Of a stretch of 64,000 nucleotides of DNA, positions 1-8,347 are shown in pieces. This DNA is from a virus. The stretch is taken from positions 61,331-125,330 of the IMG/VR virus record IMGVR_UViG_3300003154_000789; one strand, written 5' to 3'. The translations under genes and the position numbers were made by a program. The first letter of the stretch is position 1; the number at the start of each line of letters is the position of its first letter. Below the pieces are notes generated by a model. That model was given only the letters and a program-made list of their open reading frames with translations, was not told the origin of the DNA and made no database searches.

Positions 1-394
1 ATTGAAGCGTAGCCTCAGGATCGAAATTCAAAGCCTCATCGATAGCTTTTTCCATGGCGGCAGCTGGAGTCATATTTCTCCACTCGTAGTCGTCTACGGC
101 ATTCAATAACCCACGCAGATACTTACGCTGAGTATCGTTCAGAATGCTGTTACTTTCTCCAGCATGAAATCTTCCAACACGACCACGTTTATTCCTTTTC
201 AATTCCGGTTCTTCGCCCTTATAATACATAGGCTCCCCGAAAAAAGATGAAGCTGACATACATATCAATCTCAAGAGCGGAGACTTGATATCGTAAGCTG
301 GTCCACCCATAAAGTTCATGTGGGTATCTTTAGGAATTTCCAAAACATCACTCGGTGTTGCTCTAAGCACTGTTTTCTTTTTGTTTATGCTCAT
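1..394 (-). CDS. Ro60/TROVE-domain RNA-binding protein, N-terminal part (runs off left edge)
   Basis: Manual translation from ATG at 394 (RBS GGAGG): MSINKKKTVLRATPSDVLEIPKDTHMNFMGGPAYDIKSPLLRLICMSASSFFGEPMYY..., open to position 2. The N-x-x-GG-x-AY...S-F-x-GE-x-x-YY pattern matches the TROVE N-terminus. Not in the ORF track. Confidence 0.75.
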   Translation of the reverse strand, partial: MSINKKKTVLRATPSDVLEIPKDTHMNFMGGPAYDIKSPLLRLICMSASSFFGEPMYYKGEEPELKRNKRGRVGRFHAGESNSILNDTQRKYLRGLLNAVDDYEWRNMTPAAAMEKAIDEALNFDPEATLQ

Positions 395-443
395 TGTTCA
401 CTCCTCCTTATTTAGAGAGATTACTAATTATGTACAAGATTAT

Positions 444-686
444 TTACCAAATAGATCTACATCTTCCTTCACAGGCTGAGGAAAGTTCAAAATCCTTATA
501 TGAATTATGACAACCATTGTCCCACGAAACTTCAGCAGAATTGGAACCAAAATCTTGTACTGTTCCAACACATTCCCATTTTGTTCCGACCTTAGGATTA
601 GAATCACCTATACTATACCCTCTATCTGGTTTTGTCAAGAGGACTCGCATTCCTATATCCAAATCTCTACATCTTAATGCTTCCAT
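444..686 (-). CDS. small SH3-like protein (MIB-HERC2-like motif)
   Basis: GMRV...VGTV...VSWDNGCHNSY resembles the MIB-HERC2 pattern. Confidence 0.45.
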   Translation of the reverse strand: MEALRCRDLDIGMRVLLTKPDRGYSIGDSNPKVGTKWECVGTVQDFGSNSAEVSWDNGCHNSYKDFELSSACEGRCRSIW

Positions 687-708
687 AAATCTTGCTTCCT
701 CTTTTTTG

Positions 709-783
709 AGTCCCTAGCAGGATTCGAACCTGCGACACAGAGGGTAGAAACCTCTTGCTCTTATTCCACTGAGCTATAGGGAC
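709..783 (-). tRNA. tRNA-Arg(UCU), no encoded CCA
   Basis: Acceptor GTCCCTA/TAGGGAC, D arm GCTC/GAGC, anticodon arm AGAGG-TTTCTAC-CCTCT, T arm GCAGG-TTCGAAT-CCTGC. Confidence 0.93.
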
Positions 784-794
784 TTGATTTTATA

Positions 795-1685
795 TTACGG
801 AGTTGATAAAGATCTACCGAATTCTCCAGATTTTAATATTGATTCCAGACGTTTGTTTTTCAAATTATTTCTGGATACATTATAATTGTTTGGTTTATTT
901 TTGTCCCAATAGCTTGTCATTTTTTCATGTAATGCAAAGCGAGGAAGATCGGCATCAAATTCTTTGATTTTCTTACCTTTATCACCACCATGAACAAAAC
1001 TATACAATCTAGCGGCATAAATCATATTGAAACTGTTACCGAATCCCCCACTCTTAGGCTCATTTAAAGTTTTAGGCATTTGGGAAACCATATAATTTCT
1101 GGAAAATGGTAATATATGATGCCCAGAATTTGTAGCCTGATAATAAGAGGCTAAACAGAAAGAAGTAAAGAATCCCATTTTGTGGCTATCCATCAGATAT
1201 AGCACACCCTTCACAAAGAATGGCTCTTCTTGGACATATCTGCCCGCACAAAGATAGACATAAAGCATTTCCATGGAGATGTCATCAAAGCAGATGTCAT
1301 ATATACCATTTTCTATGAAGTTCTTTCCAATGTTTTCTGGCATCAAATTATTTTTCTTACACACTTTTACCCATTCCTCGATTTCCTCTTTGTTTAAATG
1401 GGTTTCCTTTTTAGTGTGCTTATTTGCCTCACAAAATAATCGTATTCTGTTCGGTTTTACTTTTGCTGACTTAAGATAATCAAGACAACTTTCTCTGAAA
1501 TTTGCAAAGCACGCTTGACCCGTTTTGGATATAACTTTTCCACACGATTTACGAACCGCTTCTGTACTCATTTCTGAAGTATCTTTGTCGGATCTGAACA
1601 CATCATATGCTAAGCTATAATAAGAATGCTCATTACCAATCATAAATTTCTTTTCATCAAATAGCAACATCTTTGCTGCCTTCAT
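795..1685 (-). CDS. hypothetical protein
   Basis: Long ORF; likely start MKAAKM at 1685 overlaps the upstream stop (ATGA). Confidence 0.75.
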   Translation of the reverse strand: MKAAKMLLFDEKKFMIGNEHSYYSLAYDVFRSDKDTSEMSTEAVRKSCGKVISKTGQACFANFRESCLDYLKSAKVKPNRIRLFCEANKHTKKETHLNKEEIEEWVKVCKKNNLMPENIGKNFIENGIYDICFDDISMEMLYVYLCAGRYVQEEPFFVKGVLYLMDSHKMGFFTSFCLASYYQATNSGHHILPFSRNYMVSQMPKTLNEPKSGGFGNSFNMIYAARLYSFVHGGDKGKKIKEFDADLPRFALHEKMTSYWDKNKPNNYNVSRNNLKNKRLESILKSGEFGRSLSTP

Positions 1686-1954
1686 CCTGCATTCTCCTTT
1701 CCCAGAATATCCTGTTTGATTTTTGCTATTTTCTTTTCGAGTTCTTTTTGTTGAATCCTTTTTGAAATTTCCATAAGAATTGAACAAGACAACATAGTAA
1801 TAGCATTTCCCATCACATGTTCTATCTCGTGAGGAGGATATCTAAGTTTAACATATTTTTCGAAGACCGGTCTAAGTAACTTATTGACTTCTATGTCCAG
1901 CTCTCTAGCGGGATCCAGATATGAATCGTATTTCTTATGGAAGAAGCTTTTCAT
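1682..1954 (-). CDS. hypothetical protein, paralog of 1964..2167
   Basis: Shares YL-x-x-A-x-EL...P-x-F-x-x-YVKL-x-Y...I-x-HVM with its neighbour. Confidence 0.7.
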   Translation of the reverse strand: MKSFFHKKYDSYLDPARELDIEVNKLLRPVFEKYVKLRYPPHEIEHVMGNAITMLSCSILMEISKRIQQKELEKKIAKIKQDILGKENAG

Positions 1955-1963
1955 TTCACTCCT

Positions 1964-2167
1964 TTATTCTTTTCTTAAAAACATATGTGTAAGTTCACAT
2001 TGCCATACAGCAGACGCCATAACATGCGAAATTTGGCGGATGGAATAACCGAGCTTTACGTACTCATCAAAGATGGGTTGTATGGCTTCGGTTGTTTTCA
2101 TTTCCAATTCGTTAGCAGCTTCCAGATAGGTTTCATCCTTTTCACGATACAAATTTTTCATAAACAT
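1964..2167 (-). CDS. hypothetical protein, paralog of 1682..1954
   Basis: YLEAANEL...PIFDEYVKLGY...ISHVM. Confidence 0.7.
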   Translation of the reverse strand: MFMKNLYREKDETYLEAANELEMKTTEAIQPIFDEYVKLGYSIRQISHVMASAVWQCELTHMFLRKE

Positions 2168-2588
2168 ATCCTTTTTGAATTAAATAATCCATAAGAATTC
2201 GATTATGATCAAAAACCATGTCGAGCATATTACGAAAGAGCTTTACATCCAGTTCAGCAACATCTATAGACTTTACTTCTTTAGCATCATCCCCAGCAAG
2301 CAGTTCTCCGTGTCCTTCACCTGAGTAAACTACCGAAACCACATGCTGTCTTGGATCACGCTTGGGATTACTATAGACACCAACCAATCCATCGATATTG
2401 AATTTAAGCCCTGTTTCTTCCATGACTTCTCTTTTTACAGCATCCTCACAGCTTTCGCCATATTCTACAAAGCCACCAGGTAATGCTAGCCCCAATGGTT
2501 CAAATTTTCTTTCGATCAGAACTATTTTGTTATCCCTGGTTTTGATTATAGCATCAACCGCCAAGTATGGTGTTTTCAATTCCAGCAT
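2142..2588 (-). CDS. Nudix hydrolase (ADP-ribose pyrophosphatase-like)
   Basis: Nudix box GGFVEYGESCEDAVKREVMEETGL; RDPR and AGDDA motifs; RBS before ATG 2588. Confidence 0.92.
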   Translation of the reverse strand: MLELKTPYLAVDAIIKTRDNKIVLIERKFEPLGLALPGGFVEYGESCEDAVKREVMEETGLKFNIDGLVGVYSNPKRDPRQHVVSVVYSGEGHGELLAGDDAKEVKSIDVAELDVKLFRNMLDMVFDHNRILMDYLIQKGYVYEKFVS

Positions 2589-2615
2589 TTTTATTCTCCT
2601 GTTTGTGCTCAAGTA

Positions 2616-2855
2616 TTAATATAAATCCTCACTGAACAGTAATGTTGGATGCAGTTTTCCATGGAACGAAATTTGCTTGTTCTCAATGAAGTGTGCCCTT
2701 GCTGATTTTCTATCCAAGAACTCTCCCTTATCAGTAACAAATCCTTGTATTCCATCTCTTAATTTTCCATAATTGCCAGGAGCACACAGTATATCCGGAT
2801 GTCTTTTACCTGTATAAACTATACCATCTTTTAAGATAGCTGATGTAACAATCAT
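2616..2855 (-). CDS. hypothetical phage-type protein
   Basis: ORF with RH and QGF-x-T-x-x-G-x-FL-x-R pattern. Confidence 0.65.
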   Translation of the reverse strand: MIVTSAILKDGIVYTGKRHPDILCAPGNYGKLRDGIQGFVTDKGEFLDRKSARAHFIENKQISFHGKLHPTLLFSEDLY

Positions 2856-2892
2856 TTCTTTCTTTTTCCTTTTTGAATTAAATAAACTCTTG

Positions 2893-2977
2893 TAGCACGG
2901 GAGGGGGTCGAACCCTCAATCCCTTACGGGCGTCAAATTTTAAGTCTGATGCATATACCAAATTCTGCCACCGTGCC
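2893..2977 (-). tRNA. tRNA-Leu(UAA), long variable arm, no encoded CCA
   Basis: GGCACGG/CCGTGCT acceptor; TCAGA-CTTAAAA-TTTGA anticodon arm; GAGGG-TTCGACC-CCCTC T arm. Confidence 0.92.
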
Positions 2978-3071
2978 ATGTTTAAACTAACCTCTATAAT
3001 ATAGATACTTAAAATACTTTTGTAGTACTAACTTTGCCTTTACTATACTACAAAATAATTATGGAGGTTTT

Positions 3072-3554
3072 ATGAAATTACGAAAATATACACAAGAACA
3101 ATTAACGGAAGCTGTAAGAGTGTCTTTTAGCTACCGTCAAACTCTTAGCAAATTAAATGTTGTACCGGCGGGCGGCAACTATGAAATATTGAAAAGAGCT
3201 ATAAAGTACTTTAATTTAGACTCATCCCATTTTAAAGGATGCGGTTGGAATAAAGGTAATAAATTTCCTCCTAAAAGACCAATAGAGGATTACTTTACTA
3301 ACAAACAGTCAATTCTTTCCCATAAATTAAAGAATAGGATGCTTAAAGATGGAATAGTGGAGCCAGTGTGCACTATGTGTGGCTTAAGTGAATGGCTTGG
3401 ACAGCCTATTCCTTTAGAACTCCATCATATAGACGGTAGTAGTCATAACAATAATCGTGAGAATTTAAGACTACTATGTCCTAACTGTCATTCCTTTACT
3501 TCAACTTATAGGAAATCAAAAATTAGCATTATGAATAAATCAAAAGCCCTGTAA
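3072..3554 (+). CDS. HNH endonuclease (freestanding homing-type)
   Basis: CxxC...LELHHIDG...NN...NL-x-x-LCPNCH; good RBS (GGAGG); only convincing plus-strand gene in the window. Confidence 0.9.
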   Translation: MKLRKYTQEQLTEAVRVSFSYRQTLSKLNVVPAGGNYEILKRAIKYFNLDSSHFKGCGWNKGNKFPPKRPIEDYFTNKQSILSHKLKNRMLKDGIVEPVCTMCGLSEWLGQPIPLELHHIDGSSHNNNRENLRLLCPNCHSFTSTYRKSKISIMNKSKAL

Positions 3555-3565
3555 TCATTGAACCA

Positions 3566-4700
3566 TTAATTCAATGTTTGAACCTCTGGAACTGGTCGAG
3601 AATAAAATTTATAATAATGATATAGCCATGGTTCTTGCATACAGATTATACTCCCATGACCTTTCAGATTGATAGCAAAAGAATCAACATGTTGTAGCTC
3701 TTTATTCATTATCACCCAAAATAATTCGTCAACTTCCTGCATTCCACCGCAAGGTATCATATGCTCGGTAAAATATGCATCCTCCACATACACGTGAGAA
3801 TGTATCATATAATTTATATTAGGAAGCATGTTGTAGAGTGACAACTGTATTGGAGTATCAACACTTGGTTTATGCTCCCCACGATACCATACTTTTCCAT
3901 CATTCATACCGACATGAACAAAAGAATCCAAACTTATACTCGTCTTATCTACATTCCTTTTTGAAATATATATCATGCCTTCTGGAGTACGAAAGCTTGG
4001 AAAACCAGATTCACAACGAAAGGAAGCATTTCCAAGAAACCTGGTGACTTCATTCGCTGGGCGAATCAACTCACTGAATTTATTTCCTGCATCCCTTACA
4101 TTGTCAATGAACGCTTTGATCTCAACGAAAGACTCAAGCTTATCATAACTTTTCCATACATAAGGTGCTTCAGGAGATTGTGTAGTATTCATTCGTATAA
4201 TGGTAAGAAGTTGCTTTGTTCGCTTTGCTATAGCAATCCCAAGCTCTACCATATTTGAACCAGCAAACCACTGGTTTCCTAGCGGATCAAGAAGCTTCGC
4301 TTCGATCTCTTTTGTGCTACTGCTACGATTGAATTCAATTATCAGATTGCTCTTCTTTGACAAAGCATGTGCCATTATATCTTGAAAAGCATACTCATTA
4401 TCGGTATTTCTTTTGGAAGATACCACTATGGATTTCGGATACAATTCTTTTATGTTCTTAAGCTTTGGTAAATGATTCGGAACATTTGGCATCCAAATAA
4501 TTACCTGATCTTTCCTTCCTAGAAGGACAATTTCATCGGGTGTAAGAAGACTTAATTGCCCATAAGATCCTCCGTTCTCGAAATACGTTTCCCCAAATAT
4601 GCCAGATTTTACTATACCGGTATAAATAAGATCAGCAATTTTTGAAGGCTTTCCTCCTTCCATGTCCCATGTACCAGCGATTAGTGTGATAGCTTCCATG
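3566..4700 (-). CDS. class II aldolase/adducin-like domain protein
   Basis: C-terminal KPSVDT...LY...MIHSH and LKGHG motifs; start MEAITL at 4700 with RBS AGGAG. Confidence 0.6.
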
Positions 4701-4716
4701 AATTTCTCCTTTCTAG

Positions 4717-4795
4717 TACCCGCAGGGGGATTTGAACCCAAACCGACCTCCCGCTTATAAGGCAGGTGCTGCTAACCAAGCTGAGCTATGCGGGT
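4717..4795 (-). tRNA. tRNA-Ile(UAU), no encoded CCA
   Basis: ACCCGCA/TGCGGGT acceptor; CCTGC-CTTATAA-GCGGG anticodon arm; T loop TTCAAAT with about 3 extra nt in the T stem/variable region. Confidence 0.85.
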
Positions 4796-4800
4796 TTATC

Positions 4801-5046
4801 TTACTTTCGTCTCCTTTTCTTCTCTTCCTTTGCTTTTCTTTTCTTTGACTCATCTCTGAACTTGGCCGGACAAGAACCACAGTAACACTTGAAAGCATGT
4901 CGTCCTACTCCAGTCCAGTAGCTACAGTAAGCACATTCTTTCTGGAATTCTGGTTCCTTCGGCTTCTTTATCTTTTTTGACATCCGGCTGGGCATTTTAT
5001 ACATCTCACCTAATTTACTGTCCGTTATTAGTGGTGCTATTCCCAT
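4801..5046 (-). CDS. small basic Cys-containing hypothetical protein
   Basis: CAYC...CYCGSC, Lys/Arg-rich tail. Confidence 0.55.
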   Translation of the reverse strand: MGIAPLITDSKLGEMYKMPSRMSKKIKKPKEPEFQKECAYCSYWTGVGRHAFKCYCGSCPAKFRDESKKRKAKEEKKRRRK

Positions 5047-5468
5047 TATTCATCCTCCCAGCCCCTCAGCCACATTTTCCGTACATCTCTACGAGTTTCT
5101 CGGAGCATAGTAGCGTTAGTATGCTGATACCATTTCATATGCAATTCTTTTGATAATTTGTTATGTTTTTCAAGGGTTCGAAAAGCTGTTATCACATCTT
5201 TTGGTAGGATGAACTCATCAGATGTTTGATATTCAAGTTCATTCTGGAAATCATTTCGATTTCCTATAATCCAACATCCGAATCTTGTTTCTGCCCAGAA
5301 GATGTTTTTCTTGCGATCAAGATATGAACCTAATCGATTGAAAATTGGCTCTATCTTTTCTTTGTTGTTAAGCCATTCCTCATTGAAGAAATTAAAATCT
5401 TCCTTATCTTTTGTGTCCAAAATAGTAAGTAGCGAAAGGACTTTATATCTACTCATAATCGTCTCCAA
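5046..5468 (-). CDS. hypothetical protein
   Basis: ORF in co-directional gene run. Confidence 0.65.
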   Translation of the reverse strand: METIMSRYKVLSLLTILDTKDKEDFNFFNEEWLNNKEKIEPIFNRLGSYLDRKKNIFWAETRFGCWIIGNRNDFQNELEYQTSDEFILPKDVITAFRTLEKHNKLSKELHMKWYQHTNATMLRETRRDVRKMWLRGWEDE

Positions 5469-5474
5469 TGAAGA

Positions 5475-5657
5475 CTAGTATTCGATTCTGAAGTTTCCAA
5501 TAAGTTTCAGCTTATCTTCGTCTATATTGCCCATAAAATTTCCTGGCGAAAGTGCCCAACATCTTCCTGTCTCATCACGGATAACTACTGTGTTGTTGAA
5601 CTCAAACACCTCTTCCAGTTCCGAAACATCGGCATCATTATTATTTTTTGTGTCCAT
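5475..5657 (-). CDS. hypothetical protein
   Basis: ORF with RBS AGGA. Confidence 0.55.
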   Translation of the reverse strand: MDTKNNNDADVSELEEVFEFNNTVVIRDETGRCWALSPGNFMGNIDEDKLKLIGNFRIEY

Positions 5658-5669
5658 ATGTTATTTCCT

Positions 5670-5984
5670 TTAACCAGTCCAAGTTACCAGATACCCCTTG
5701 TTATTAATGTCAAATAATCGACTGATTTGATAAGTCATTTTGTACTCATCCAGGACGTTCATTACTATGCCTTGCATCCTCTGACTATTACCAGTGATGA
5801 TTTCGAGCTCTGCTTCTTCGTTCCAATGCTCTTCTATGAATCTGATTACTTCTTGCTGGACATCTTCGTGCTTTAATCTATGCAGATCTTTTTTATATAT
5901 CTTCATAAGTTCCTCCCCTGCATCTCGTTCGTCGCTCGGAATTGGACCGAGACCAGCCAGGTCTTCACTTACCGATATATTCAC
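5670..5984 (-). CDS. small Smr-like domain protein
   Basis: DLH...IITGNS pattern resembles the Smr DLHG...IIHG motifs. Confidence 0.5.
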   Translation of the reverse strand: MNISVSEDLAGLGPIPSDERDAGEELMKIYKKDLHRLKHEDVQQEVIRFIEEHWNEEAELEIITGNSQRMQGIVMNVLDEYKMTYQISRLFDINNKGYLVTWTG

Positions 5985-6049
5985 GGAGTTGAACCGTCAG
6001 GACCCGGCGTGTTCCTGACCACTGCACCAGCTGTGGGTCAAACGAATCT

Positions 6050-6358
6050 TTATTTGACAAGCATTAAAGCACCCTCACCAGCCCATCCAACACCACTTTC
6101 ACATTGCACAAGACAGTCTGTGTGTTTGATTTTACCGAGTCCAATGTCTTCGTCCGGCCATGAATCGTAGTCAATGGTTATGGTTTTGCGGTACAGAACT
6201 GTACCTACACCACTGAAGATACAAGGAATATGATAGTTCTCTTTGTATTTTCCAGTAGTAGCTTTGTGTCGCAAGCATACTCCGGCAGGAGTAACTGGTG
6301 TAACTTTACTACCAACTTTAATTCCCTCTCTCCTCAAATTCTTTTTTGAATTACACAT
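6050..6358 (-). CDS. hypothetical protein
   Basis: ORF; likely start MCNSKK with RBS GAGG. Confidence 0.55.
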   Translation of the reverse strand: MCNSKKNLRREGIKVGSKVTPVTPAGVCLRHKATTGKYKENYHIPCIFSGVGTVLYRKTITIDYDSWPDEDIGLGKIKHTDCLVQCESGVGWAGEGALMLVK

Positions 6359-6362
6359 ATTG

Positions 6363-6617
6363 TTATCCTCTTTCACAAATTTTAAGCAAAGGACAAAAGG
6401 AAAAGCTGCAATGCACTGCAAAGCCACCTCTGAAAATATGTTTGTTATTTGTGCAAGAATTCCAATCTTCACAGTCCAGTTCTTCTTCGATGATTAGTTT
6501 TCTGTATTCGCACTTTTTTGCAAATCTTTCAAACCTTTCCCTGTTACTCCTTTCTGTCAGATAAACGCGTCTTCTAGCCCTGATTAATCCTTTTAACTCT
6601 TTGTCATCTTTACACAT
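6363..6617 (-). CDS. hypothetical Cys-containing protein
   Basis: ORF with RBS AGGAG. Confidence 0.55.
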   Translation of the reverse strand: MCKDDKELKGLIRARRRVYLTERSNRERFERFAKKCEYRKLIIEEELDCEDWNSCTNNKHIFRGGFAVHCSFSFCPLLKICERG

Positions 6618-6645
6618 CTGATAACTCCTTTATTTAATTGACTTG

Positions 6646-6720
6646 TCTGGTCGGCAAGATTTGAACTTGCGATCTGATGCGTCCAAGGCACCCGCGGTAA
6701 CCAGGCTCCGCTACGACCAG
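6646..6720 (-). tRNA. tRNA-Pro(UGG), no encoded CCA
   Basis: CTGGTCG/CGACCAG acceptor; GGTGC-CTTGGAC-GCATC anticodon arm; GCAAG-TTCAAAT-CTTGC T arm. Confidence 0.92.
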
Positions 6721-6727
6721 TTTGTGC

Positions 6728-6868
6728 GTGGAGAGAATTTTTTAACAACAGTATTGTCTTATGACTCTTGCTCTACCAGCTGAGCTACATTCCTATTTAA
6801 GGAATGATGAGATTCGAACTCATGACACAGAATTTTGAATGAAGTAACTGTTATCTTCACTGCTCCAC
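6728..6868 (-). ncRNA. Y-RNA-like ncRNA 1 (YrlA-like) with circularly permuted tRNA-like module
   Basis: Terminal stem GUGGAG/CUCCAC; CAGUGAAG...GUUACUUCA motif; T arm (6807-6823) precedes a hairpin-closed acceptor-like stem (6788-6806), then a D arm (6770-6785). Confidence 0.8.
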
Positions 6869-6870
6869 TT

Positions 6871-6942
6871 TTGCGGGGGTGGGAATCGAACCCACGTATC
6901 CAGATTTATGAGACCTAGTTGGCGACCAACAGCCTCCCCGCG
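6871..6942 (-). tRNA. tRNA-Met(CAU), initiator-like but atypical
   Basis: CGCGGGG/CCCCGCA acceptor with C1:A72 mismatch as in fMet; loop CTCATAA; T arm GTGGG-TTCGATT-CCCAC; short D arm. Confidence 0.75.
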
Positions 6943-6948
6943 ATAAAA

Positions 6949-7719
6949 TTATTCTTTTTTCTCTTTTCTAAAGGAGAATTTGTCAAAGCCATGTTTGGCT
7001 ATCCGATCTTTATCTGTCACCTCAATCATAATTGGGGACTTGCCACCCATCACTCCGCCGATAAACATAGACAACTCCTGAAAAGCATTGAATGGATTCA
7101 CGATCTTATAAAAGTCTATGTCCTTTAAACATTTATTCTTGAACACTCTGCCTTTTTCTGCATAGGTATAGATAGGGTTATAAGCAATCACTATCACAGG
7201 CGAGTCGAGTTCAAAGTGAAGAGCAGCAACATCTTCTGATATAGAACCTTGTTTATCAAACAATGACTTAAATCTTTTTCTTATGGTCATGACTTTGACC
7301 TTTGCTCCACTGAATATACCACTTCTTAAATTGTTTTCGAGATTTATCTTCGAGTGTTTGGTAATTACTTTTTCAAATGCATCGAATGTGTAAATAAATT
7401 CGGTTATTGCTTTGCCAACAATGCGTTTATAGTAATCATCATATGTTTTTATAGTATACATAACCTCTATGCAGAAGTATATCTTTCCGCAGAACAGTAT
7501 GATGTGTTTTGAAACTACTTTTAAATCATCACTGTCTATTTTCTTTACTCGAAAATCAAAGATCTCGTCATTGATTTTTAACAACTTATCACGTAATTCT
7601 GGCTGCTTTTCCAATGACTCTGTTATTTCTTCTTCTTTTCTTTCATAGATTACGTTTGGATCTATACCGTAACCCAGTGCTTTGTCATAGTAATCGTGAT
7701 ACTTGCTGAAAATTCTCAC
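6949..7719 (-). CDS. hypothetical phage-type protein
   Basis: 256-aa ORF, MRIFSKYHDYYD...HGFDKFSFRK. Confidence 0.75.
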   Translation of the reverse strand: MRIFSKYHDYYDKALGYGIDPNVIYERKEEEITESLEKQPELRDKLLKINDEIFDFRVKKIDSDDLKVVSKHIILFCGKIYFCIEVMYTIKTYDDYYKRIVGKAITEFIYTFDAFEKVITKHSKINLENNLRSGIFSGAKVKVMTIRKRFKSLFDKQGSISEDVAALHFELDSPVIVIAYNPIYTYAEKGRVFKNKCLKDIDFYKIVNPFNAFQELSMFIGGVMGGKSPIMIEVTDKDRIAKHGFDKFSFRKEKKE

Positions 7720-7728
7720 GTCAACCTC

Positions 7729-7944
7729 CTATGCAAGAGGAAATTCGCTGTCAAATATGTCAAACGCATCGATTTGTTTAACAATTTCTGTTTTTTGGCT
7801 ATTCATAAAGTTGATAATATCTGTATCTGCTCCCAAGTTTACCAACTCATTGAAGCATTCATAACAAATGTAACCATGTACTGATGAAAGTCTATCACAT
7901 AAAATGTTATCACAACCTTTTCGAAAGCAAGCTTTTACACCCAT
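7729..7944 (-). CDS. small Cys-containing hypothetical protein
   Basis: C-x4-C...C...CYEC; likely start MGVKAC. Confidence 0.55.
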   Translation of the reverse strand: MGVKACFRKGCDNILCDRLSSVHGYICYECFNELVNLGADTDIINFMNSQKTEIVKQIDAFDIFDSEFPLA

Positions 7945-8210
7945 TGTTTTTTCCTCTATGAAACAAAAAACCCCCGTCAATTTTCGTTGGCGAGGGTTCA
8001 AAGAAATCAATGAATATTCAGACGCTAATCTCTTCTATTACCCCCGATGTGTATTGGGTATAAATATCCTGTTAACCTTGTGGGTATTAAGTAATATCTA
8101 TTTTCGATTTGATTAATCCGTCTTTTCATCTTTTCCTTTTAAGTTAATAAAACCAACGTGGAACGATGGTTCAACTCTTTGATCCCTTGGATCATGAGAT
8201 AAAAAAGTAA

Positions 8211-8347
8211 GTGGAGAGAACATTTGGAACAGGGTTTTTGTTTTAGCTTCCCAGGCAAGATTTTTTGGGGCCGGGGATAGGATTTGCACCTATAATCTAT
8301 TCATTATGATTGAATTGCTGAAGTATCTGTACCTTTCACTACTCCAC
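8211..8347 (-). ncRNA. Y-RNA-like ncRNA 2
   Basis: GUGGAG/CUCCAC terminal stem; UAGUGAAA...AUACUUCA motif; GGUACAG/CUGUUCC inner stem; T-arm-like AUAGG-UGCAAAU-CCUAU at 8277-8293. Confidence 0.7.

Noticed and set aside
4701-4741. N-terminal extension MGSNPPAGTRKEKF of ORF 3566..4741
   Set aside because: It overlaps the tRNA-Ile T arm; a good RBS precedes ATG 4700.
6750-6835. A functional permuted tRNA gene with a decodable anticodon
   Set aside because: No 7-nt anticodon loop can be formed; both ends continue into a long closing stem shared with three non-tRNA copies.
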